A stretch of DNA of 44,518 nt from Candidatus Krumholzibacteriia bacterium. Lineage in GTDB: Bacteria; Krumholzibacteriota; Krumholzibacteriia; WVZY01. A program made the translations under genes and the position numbers. Below, one piece after another: positions 36,586-44,518 of the stretch; position 1 is the first letter of the stretch, and every line of letters starts with the position of its first letter. Under the pieces are notes generated by a model. That model saw only the letters and a list, made by a program, of their open reading frames with translations. It searched no databases and was not told where the DNA came from. The stretch lies in NCBI GenBank assembly GCA_046754105.1, contig JBHHVD010000013.1:1-44518 (forward strand), written 5' to 3'.

Positions 36586-38388
36586 ATGAAAAGAATCTGG
36601 AGAATCGCTCCGGCGCTGCTTTTCGTGTTGGGCTGTGCGCCGTCGTCCGGCGGCATCCAGGCGGACGCGCAGGCGTTCATCGACGAATACACGGGTAAGT
36701 ATCTCAAGCTACAGTATGCCTCCGCCAGGGCGGAGTGGAAATCCAATACGATGATCGTCGAGGGCGATACGACCAACGCGTTTGCCACTCGAACGGCAAA
36801 CGAGGCCCTGGCGGCGTTCACCGGCAGCGAGGCCAACATCCAGAACGCGCGGAAATTCCTGGAGCAAAAGAGCAAACTATCACGCCTGCAGGCGCGCCAG
36901 ATAGAGAAGATCCTCTATTACGCCGCCGACAACCCGGCGACGGTCGAGGAACTGGTCAAGGAGCGCATCAAAGCCCAGGCCGAGCAGGTGGAGGGGCTCT
37001 ACGGGTTCGACTTCAAGCTCGACGGCGAATCGGTGTCCACGAACGAAATCGATGAAATCCTGCGCACGAGCAACGATGAGAAGAAACGCCTCGCTGCCTG
37101 GAGCGCGAGCAAGGAGGTCGGCGCAGCCATCAAGGACGGCCTGGTCGAACTGCGGCGGCTGCGCAACGAGACCGTGCAGGCACTCGGCTACGACGATTAT
37201 TTTTCGTACCAGGTCTCGGACTACGGCATCACCACGCCGGAGCTGCGTGAGCTGATGCTCAAGCTCAACCGGGAGATCCGTCCGCTCTACAACGAGCTGC
37301 ACACCTACGCGCGCTACGAGCTGGCCGAGCGGTACGGTGCGGGAGAGGTGCCGGAGCTGATTCCCGCCCACTGGCTGCCCAACCGCTGGGGCCAGGACTG
37401 GAACGCGATGATCACGGTCGAGGGGCTCGACCTCGACGGGATCTTGCGCGAGAAGGATCCCGAGTGGTTTACCAAGCAGGGCGAGCGCTTCTACATGAGC
37501 CTCGGGTTTCCGCCGCTGCCACAGAGTTTCTGGACAAAGTCGAGCTTGTTCCCGTTGCCCGAGGGCACCGATTACAAGAAGAACAACCATGCGTCGGCCT
37601 GGCACATGGACCTCGAAGGAGACATCCGCTGCCTGATGAGTGTCGTGCCCAATGCGGACTGGTACGAAACGGCGCATCACGAGCTGGGACATATTTACTA
37701 TTACGTCGCCTACACGAACCCGGATGTGCCGCCGCTCTTGCGCGCGGGGGCCAACCGCGCCTATCACGAGGGTATCGGAAGTCTCCTCGGGCTGGCGGCC
37801 ATGCAGAAGCCGTTCCTGGCGGGTCTCGACCTCCTCCCCGCCGATGCCGAGACGGACGAGATGCAAAAACTGCTCAAAGAGGCGATGAACTACGTCATCT
37901 TCATCCCCTGGTCCGCCGGTGTCATGACCGAGTTCGAGTACGAACTCTACGCGGAAAACCTCTCCCCGGACCGGTTCAACGAGCGCTGGTGGGATATGAA
38001 GCGCCGCTACCAGGGTATCGCACCGCCGGGGGGCGTTCGCGGTGAAGAGTACTGCGATGCGGCCTCCAAGACGCACATTAGCAACGACGCGGCGCAGTAC
38101 TACGACTACGCGCTGTCCTACGTGCTGCTCTTTCAGATCCACGACCACATCGCGCGTAGCATCCTCCACCAGGATCCCCACGCGACCAACTACTACGGGA
38201 GCAAAGAGGTCGGGCGGTTCCTGGATGATATCATGCGACCGGGCGGCAGCGCGGACTGGCGCAAGATGCTACGGGAGAAGACCGGCGAAGACTTGAGCGC
38301 GCGTGCGATGCTCTCGTACTTCGAACCGTTGATGGACTATCTGAAAGAGGCGAACCAGGGCCGCGAGCGGACGCTCGCGGAGTTGTAG
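36586..38388 (+). CDS. M2-family peptidyl-dipeptidase A (ACE-like), lipoprotein
   Basis: Lipobox VLGC; IPAHWL..RWGQDW, HASAW, HHELGH (HEXXH), GAN..YHEGIG, DAASKTHI, YFEPL. Confidence 0.93.
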   Translation: MKRIWRIAPALLFVLGCAPSSGGIQADAQAFIDEYTGKYLKLQYASARAEWKSNTMIVEGDTTNAFATRTANEALAAFTGSEANIQNARKFLEQKSKLSRLQARQIEKILYYAADNPATVEELVKERIKAQAEQVEGLYGFDFKLDGESVSTNEIDEILRTSNDEKKRLAAWSASKEVGAAIKDGLVELRRLRNETVQALGYDDYFSYQVSDYGITTPELRELMLKLNREIRPLYNELHTYARYELAERYGAGEVPELIPAHWLPNRWGQDWNAMITVEGLDLDGILREKDPEWFTKQGERFYMSLGFPPLPQSFWTKSSLFPLPEGTDYKKNNHASAWHMDLEGDIRCLMSVVPNADWYETAHHELGHIYYYVAYTNPDVPPLLRAGANRAYHEGIGSLLGLAAMQKPFLAGLDLLPADAETDEMQKLLKEAMNYVIFIPWSAGVMTEFEYELYAENLSPDRFNERWWDMKRRYQGIAPPGGVRGEEYCDAASKTHISNDAAQYYDYALSYVLLFQIHDHIARSILHQDPHATNYYGSKEVGRFLDDIMRPGGSADWRKMLREKTGEDLSARAMLSYFEPLMDYLKEANQGRERTLAEL

Positions 38389-38915
38389 GCTGGACGGGGA
38401 TCATGACGTTGCTTGGGCCTGAAGCGAGCGCTAGCAGGGAGAGCCTGAGACGGGTATCTTCGGGGCACGTCAACTAACGAGCCTCGCGAGGTCGTTTGGA
38501 CAGGAAAAGAAGGTGGGAAGGAGACGCGCGAGAATGGAACCAGAAGGCTACTAAAATTCCTCGGACGATCACACTCCGCCCGATGGGGTGAGAGACAACA
38601 TCATCGGGCACAGCTACCCTCATGGCTTCGCATGTCTTGATTCGGTGACGAGCACTTGCCCGACGTGCGCCGATCCAGCTGATAGAGACAAAGAGGCGTT
38701 CTACCATGGAATTCCCCATAACTGGTTCTTGGAGTCAGTAACACAAGTGGGTCGAATTGTCATCGTCAGCTGGAATGTCGAGGAATACAAGACGCACGGC
38801 GTGCGGATTGCCAGCATCGCAGCAGCGAACCGGTGAGCGCTCAGCGACGGGTGCGCTGATCTGGTCGGCAACGCCGGTCTCGGATTCTGCAGCGGCCGAA
38901 AAAGGGGGAATTAGG

Positions 38916-39460
38916 ATGCGTACAAAACGTTCGTTCGTGGTCTTATGCGCGATTGTGGCTGGCATGGCGGCTGTTTCGCCCGCTGATGCCGGAAGGCAGT
39001 CAACGTTGGTCGCTGCTACGGACTTGTCGACACATAGTCCTACAGACGCGACTCTGGGGGCCTACTACGTACTTCGGTTCGACATCCCCGACGGTATCCA
39101 GGGACAACCCCTCCGATGGGCCATACTGGAGTTCTATTGCGATGTATCTGCCAAAGACGTGGATGGCTATGTCAATGAGATCCCGGCCGTTCAGGTGTTC
39201 GCGTTGACGAGCGAGTTCTCGGGCACACTCGATCCGAACCAGTTCGAGCCTCAGGCTCTGCCCGTAGCCAGAAACGTTGCGATCAAGACAGGCGGGTCGT
39301 GATTGATATAACGGACATAGCAAGACTGTACATGAAGAACCCGACAAGAAACCACGGCTTGATCATCGGCTCCCTGACGGGTCGCCGAGACGGGCTGTTT
39401 TCACTGAAAGGCGACTCCCTCGGTTCGGGAGTTGTTGCCAAGATGACTTTCTTCAACTGA
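38916..39460 (+). pseudogene. Secreted DNRLRE/CBM96-like domain protein split by a -1 frameshift near 39285
   Basis: Signal peptide MRTKRSFVVLCAIVAG; YVLRFDIP...AILEFY; stop at 39300-39302. The -1 frame continues DRRVVIDITDIARLYMKNPTRNHGLIIG...KMTFFN* to 39460. Confidence 0.65.
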
Positions 39461-39596
39461 TTTGTTTTCACGATCCCGAACGCACACCACAACATGCACA
39501 ATCGCGTGAATGGGCTGTGGCCGATTCAAACACACAGCGACAGGACCCGCGCGAAGACGCGTCCGACGATCGTAATAAAACTGCCAGGACGGGACA

Positions 39597-42125
39597 CTAG
39601 CGGATGATCGTGAACTTCTTGACGACGCGCTCGAAGGGGACGTCGGCGAACTCGATTGCGTACAGATAGACACCGCTGGTCACGTCCTGGCCGTTGCGGC
39701 TGACGAGATCCCATTTTGCCGTTCCCACACCGGCCCGCCCGTCAAAGAGGATTTCCTTTACCAGGTCGCCCGAGAGCGTGTAGATGCGGATCGTCCCGCG
39801 CGAGGCCGGCAGATTCCTGAACTCCACCTTGATACCGGACGGATCGTCGTTGGTCGGGTCCAGCCGCCACGCCTCCATCGACCGCCTCGTGGCCGGGTTG
39901 GGCACGACGTAGACCTGGTCTTCGTCGTAGGCAAACGCGGGTTGCGCGGCGCTCTTCGGTTCTACGAACACAAAATTGGAAGCGGGGTCACCGGCCTGCG
40001 TGTCGGGAAACTGCGAACTCATGCCGCGGTCGTTGTCGAAGGCGACGACTGCATAGAAGTAAGGGCGTCCCAACTGCATGGAACGGTCGGTATAACGGTA
40101 GTACCGGCGGCCGCCGTCCAGGCCCATTTCCGCGCGCGCCAGCGCCTTGATCGTATCACACACCGCCTGCGTCACACCCTGTGGGCATGGGGGCTCCTCG
40201 CCCGGGAGCTCCGATAGGTGCTGCTTGATCAGGTTGAGGAAATCCCGCTTTCGCGCCGGTGAGAGCAGGTTCTCGAGCGGTTCGTAGCGAAGCGCGTTAA
40301 GACCCGAGTCGTCGCCGAACCCGTTTATGCGGTCGGCCTGGAATATCGCACTCCACAGGTTCGCAGGTGGGCCGTTGTCCGCCGAGGTTCCCAGCGGCCG
40401 CGTCCAGTTGTCCGCCCGCCACACGCGATACCCTTCGAAGTCGAGCTTCTGAGTTCGCAGGTCGGGGACCGTCTCGCTGAAGTTGTCCCAGTAGAGGACC
40501 ACGCCGTTGCGCGCGTGGTCGACGACGCGCATCCGCGGCGCCGGCGGTGGTACGGCGGAGAGGATCCAGTTGACGTGCGACTCCCTGCCGCCCACCCCCG
40601 ACCGGAAGAGAAAGCTGTCACGTTCGGTGTAGTTACAGATACTCTTGAACGTGCACTCCGTCTCGCAGTCCGCGTTGGTCCACAGCACATCGCCCGCCGG
40701 AACCACCGGAACCGGCTTGTTGAAGCCGCGGTCGAGGCGCGCAAGGTCGCAGCCGGAGTTGAACTGGATGGATTTGCGGCAGCTGTCCACCCACACGCCG
40801 ATGGCCGGACCGTAGACCGGCGTCTCCCTGCCGGAAACACCGGTCAGAGGATCCCGGTCGAGGTCGAACCAGTCACCGGTAAACGCTGCGAACGCGTTCG
40901 CCGCGTTCGCTACCGTCGCCTCCACGCCTTCTCCAATCACAAAGGCCAGCTGAAAAACCAGCGTGCTGTCCGGCGGCAGCTCGCGGAACGGGCCCGTGCC
41001 CACCAGCATGCGGTAATCGCGGGCGAGGTCCGCGTTGCGGTCGACTCGGCGCTGCGCGAGAAGCTCGTAGCGCTCGAAGTCGTTGTTGGGGTCACCGCCG
41101 AGCCCGAAGACCTGCTCCCCAGCGAAATGAGCAAAGGTCTCGAGCCCGACTCTGCTCGGTGCGGCCCCGCCGGTCGGGTCCGTCGTGTGGCCCAGAAACG
41201 TAACGCCGAAATAGCCGGTGGTTGCACCGTCGTCGGTGTCCGCATCGTACGTGTAGGCGACATCAACCAGGGCGGGACCTGAGACCGTACACACACCGCC
41301 CGCGGACGTCCGGGCCACGAGGTCGTCTTCCCAGTAGTTCGACCGGGTTCTCGGACCCGCGTCCGCGTCCACGAACATGCCGAGGTAGACGTCTTCGAGC
41401 GTTTCGCTGCCGATGTTGGTGATGTGATACTCGACCGCGACGAAGTCGTCGAAATTATCCCCATCCCACTGGTAGCTTTGCTGCCGGACCAGGATGTTGA
41501 GCGGGTTGTGTTCGGGAAAGATCTCGCGTGCGATCGGTTGATCGTCCGTGTATTGGCAGGTCATCATCTGGGTCGAGATGGCGGCGAAATCCTCATCGAC
41601 CTTGCCGTCGCCGTCGTTGTCGTGGCCGTCCAGCCATTCTTCGTCGACGAGCCCGTCACCATCGTCATCGGCCCTGGCCGAAGGCGGGCGGTTGCCGGCC
41701 GGCGACCCCTCCGTGGTCTCGTAAATGATGTCGCGCGGGTCCTGAGACGGACGGAACTCACGGTCCAGCGACGCCGTCGACACCGCCGGAATGCCCGACT
41801 TGAGGGCCCCGACCCACAGGCCGGCGCTGAAGAGGTATTCGACTCCGCTGCCCGAGGGCCACTGCGCCGAAGGGGCCAGCGAGTACGGTTCGGCGGTACC
41901 GGGACGCGAACCCCATTCACCCCAGTTGAGCAGGTGCATCTGCAGCTGCCCGACGTTGTGGACACTCTTGCCGTCCAGCACCAGGACGCGGCTGGGGCCG
42001 TCGAAGCCCTTCTTTCCCTTCTTGCCGGCAACGTAACGCGCATCGGCGACGACGGGTCCCGTCACGGAGAGGCCGGAGACCAGGAGGATCCCCGACAAAA
42101 ACAGACAACAAGAAAACCTGCTCAT
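39597..42125 (-). CDS. Large secreted/surface protein with an acidic Ca-binding-type loop, FN3-like domain and T9SS/FlgD-like CTD
   Basis: Signal peptide from ATG 42125 (MSRFSCCLFL...); SAQWP.GSG.EYLF..GLWVG; DDDGDGLVDEEWLDGHDNDGDGKVDED; DFEGYRVWR; CTD VYVVPNP...FRNLP...IRIYTLSGDLV...WDLVSRNGQDVTSGVYLY. Confidence 0.8.
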   Translation of the reverse strand: MSRFSCCLFLSGILLVSGLSVTGPVVADARYVAGKKGKKGFDGPSRVLVLDGKSVHNVGQLQMHLLNWGEWGSRPGTAEPYSLAPSAQWPSGSGVEYLFSAGLWVGALKSGIPAVSTASLDREFRPSQDPRDIIYETTEGSPAGNRPPSARADDDGDGLVDEEWLDGHDNDGDGKVDEDFAAISTQMMTCQYTDDQPIAREIFPEHNPLNILVRQQSYQWDGDNFDDFVAVEYHITNIGSETLEDVYLGMFVDADAGPRTRSNYWEDDLVARTSAGGVCTVSGPALVDVAYTYDADTDDGATTGYFGVTFLGHTTDPTGGAAPSRVGLETFAHFAGEQVFGLGGDPNNDFERYELLAQRRVDRNADLARDYRMLVGTGPFRELPPDSTLVFQLAFVIGEGVEATVANAANAFAAFTGDWFDLDRDPLTGVSGRETPVYGPAIGVWVDSCRKSIQFNSGCDLARLDRGFNKPVPVVPAGDVLWTNADCETECTFKSICNYTERDSFLFRSGVGGRESHVNWILSAVPPPAPRMRVVDHARNGVVLYWDNFSETVPDLRTQKLDFEGYRVWRADNWTRPLGTSADNGPPANLWSAIFQADRINGFGDDSGLNALRYEPLENLLSPARKRDFLNLIKQHLSELPGEEPPCPQGVTQAVCDTIKALARAEMGLDGGRRYYRYTDRSMQLGRPYFYAVVAFDNDRGMSSQFPDTQAGDPASNFVFVEPKSAAQPAFAYDEDQVYVVPNPATRRSMEAWRLDPTNDDPSGIKVEFRNLPASRGTIRIYTLSGDLVKEILFDGRAGVGTAKWDLVSRNGQDVTSGVYLYAIEFADVPFERVVKKFTIIR

Positions 42126-42196
42126 GACCACCCGGGTCCTTCCTTCTCTTACGTGGGCATGTGCCCCTTGTTGGTGGGCGTCTGCGGCGTGGCCGC

Positions 42197-44448
42197 CTAC
42201 TTGCGCGGCAGCTGCCACTCGTCGAAGAGGATGATCGCCAGCGCTTCCTTGATCTGCGGCGGGTTGAAATAGACCGGTTCGAAGCCCCACACGGCGCTGC
42301 GCGCCGTGAGCCCGTCGGGGTTCGGAATATCTGCAAATCTCGAGGTCCAGTACGCAACCGGTTCTCCGAAGATACCCGACGTTTCATCGAGGCATTCGAG
42401 CGCGTACATCGGTTCGAAACAGGAACGACGCGGGCTGAGTTCCGCTCGCGAGCAGGCGAGGTCAAAATAAACGGGATTGTATACGTCGATGTTCAACCCC
42501 AGTTGCTCGACATAGAGAAACTTGCCGAACGCGGAAACCTCGGGCCGGAGCTCGAGACGCGGAAACGAATACGTCGCGTCGATGGGGACGGCGGCGCGCA
42601 GACCCTCGGTCTTGCCGTCGTATCTTCGAAAATCGGTTACACCACAGCTGACGCCAAACAACCCCCCACGGCGGGCGCTGACCCCGTAACCGGTGTCCAG
42701 CACATTCAGACAGAAATCCCTGTATCCAAACGTGGTTTCCCCCACCGGATCCGACGTGCTGGATCCCTGGTTACCCGCGGATTCGTAGCGGAAAATGAAC
42801 GGGTACGCGGGACCCTTGCCCCGAATAGAGCCCTGGTGCGGAAAGAGGTTCTTGTTGATCGCGTTCGTCATGACGTTGCTGCCGCAGACAAGCACTTTGC
42901 CGCCCGCCTCCATGAACAGCGACAGTACGTTGATCTCGTCCGATCCGAACTTCACCATGTCGTTGAGGATCGCTCCGGTCTGGGCGATCGGTGTGCCGCG
43001 TGCGCTCCAGATTACCGTCTTGTAGTGCGAGATGACGCCGATCGGTATCGGGCGCATCGGCCCCTTCGCGGGAAAAACATCCACGCCGGGCAGGAACCCG
43101 CCGACGTCGCTCAACATATCGCGCCAGAAGTTGTCGTGCTCGGTGTCGTTCGGCAGCGCGCCCTTGGTGCGGAGAAAGCCCAGTGAGGTTCCTTCGTCCC
43201 AGTCATCGACCAGCAGTAGATCCCTCTCCATGGTGAACGGCACGATATTGACCGTGACACCGGCCCTGGACTTGAACCCCGAGTTGTCCACAACCTCCAC
43301 AAAAAACGTGTGCGTGCCGAAGAACCACGTCCGCGTCGGCGCCCTGGCCATCGAACCGATGAACGGCGTAAAGTCGATATCCCACTGACTGTCGTCGTTC
43401 AGATCGAGCATGTCCCAACCGTAGCGGTACTCGGTAACCGTACCCCCGTAACCACTCGCGTCCGCCGTCCAGGAAAAAGACAACGGAATACCGGCGGGCA
43501 GGTCCATTATCGCGATGGGCGGGTTGGGGCTGGAGGTTACAAAATCGCGCATGAACTTGTTGCTCAGGATCAGCACTGGCCCGGTCGCCCGGTTGAGCAC
43601 GCGGATGCGTTTGACGTTCCGGTCGGGGTCGAACGTCGGAGTGACCGCGCCCGCTTCGTCCTTGACCTGTACGGCAAACAAGTACGAACCAAAGGCCAGC
43701 GGTTTCTCGGGGTGCCAGAAACGGCCGCTGTCTCCGGGTGCGTCGTAGGCGGCCCACCTGGTCCATTCGGGCGCACCTGGATTGTCGCGCACGTAGTCCA
43801 TGGTCTTGTCCCAGTTGGCGCCAAACAGCGAGGTGCTGACCAGGATCGAGCGCGTCGAATCCGGGTCCTGCGTCTGGGACTTGCTGCCGATGAAATCCGC
43901 CGCCACCCACTGGAACGTCGGAATGGGCGGGACCAGCGCGAGCGTCAGACCGATACTCGGCGGAGTCAAAATCGTAACCAACGGCGAGAGATTCCGGGCC
44001 GTAAACGATCTGTAGATCGCCTTCGAGCGGGCGCCGCGATCGTCCACCGCCCGTACAAAAAACGTATGCGGCCGAACGAACTCGAACGCGTCCAGGTCGC
44101 CCGAGCCGATGATCGAGCTGTCGGCGACAACGTCCGCCGAGAACCGGAATACCGAGTCCTGGCGTTGACGCGGTGCCATTTGTCCGCACCGGTGGTATCG
44201 GAGGGCGAGAAAACCCCTGTCTCATTGTTGGAAATGGCGTATTCGAAGTGGGAGATGTCGCCGTCCGGGTCGAATCCGCCCCAGAAGAGGTGGACCGTGT
44301 AATCGACCGTGGAGCCCTCCGGCGGGGCGATCGTGAGCCAGACCGTCGGCGGCCGGTTCGCGGGCAGCGCCCCCTCCAGCTCGTCGGACGCGCATCCCCA
44401 CAGGGACGCAGCAACGAGGATCATGAACAGGCTGGCGAGTCGTTTCAT
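42197..44448 (-). pseudogene. Surface lipoprotein (about 750 aa, three Ig/FN3-like repeats plus an alpha/beta domain) split by a single-base frameshift near 44161; may be an intact gene with a sequencing error
   Basis: Lipobox MKRLASLFMILVAASLWGC from ATG 44448. Frame 1 ...WHRVNA joins frame 2 QDSVFRFS if one C is added (AAC GCC [C]AG GAC). Repeats HTFFVRAVDDRG, YLFAVQVKDEAG, HTFFVEVVDNSG. Confidence 0.75.
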
Positions 44449-44518
44449 CGGGTTCTCAGCCAACAGGAAATGGTAAGGACGATTCCAGCGGGGGGAAAAC
44501 CGAGAATGGGCGCCCGTA

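Noticed and set aside
39297..39305. TGA read-through (selenocysteine or alternative genetic code)
   Set aside because: The continuation is in a different frame, and TGA, TAG and TAA all end intact genes normally in this window.
42126..42290. N-terminal extension of the 897-aa ORF in the track
   Set aside because: It overlaps the upstream gene's 3' end; a signal peptide and purine-rich SD support ATG 42125.
1..44518. Anti-phage defence, prophage or mobile-element interpretation (PLD, beta-CASP nuclease, EndoV, cNMP domain)
   Set aside because: These genes are scattered and look like housekeeping family members. There is no cyclase, nucleotidyltransferase, integrase, transposase or reverse transcriptase in the window.

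Overview
GC-rich bacterial chromosomal segment with about 31 genes. I see no rRNA, tRNA, CRISPR array, transposase or phage genes. Several secreted proteins end in a 'PNPFNP/PNP...W.G/D...SGVY' FlgD-Ig / T9SS-like C-terminal domain, which suggests an FCB-superphylum candidate phylum such as Krumholzibacteriota, Latescibacterota or Eisenbacteria (inference only). In order, the window holds: hflX, two GT-C-like membrane proteins, a divergent MqnA-like protein, nfi, an AhpD-like protein and an antenna-bearing glutamate dehydrogenase. Next is a long minus-strand cluster: GH113-like fusion, exported metallophosphoesterase, NTT-HEAT transporter, stand-alone cNMP-binding protein, PAS histidine kinase, single-domain response regulator and REC-PP2C phosphatase. 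This cluster is the best candidate for an undescribed nucleotide import and sensing system. Divergent from it is an ECF sigma / ZAS-HEAT anti-sigma / DUF4097 / DUF5916 module with a self-promoter. The rest comprises a PLD, an M14 peptidase, a LolA-like protein, an EamA transporter, two tandem choice-of-anchor-B-like propellers, a beta-CASP nuclease, an ACE-like M2 peptidase and large surface proteins. Three genes carry lesions (two -1 frameshifts and one in-frame deletion). A modular, hairpin-forming intergenic repeat family occurs at about 1-125, 6735-6817 and 30776-30855. All family assignments come from recognising motifs by eye; no database search was run.
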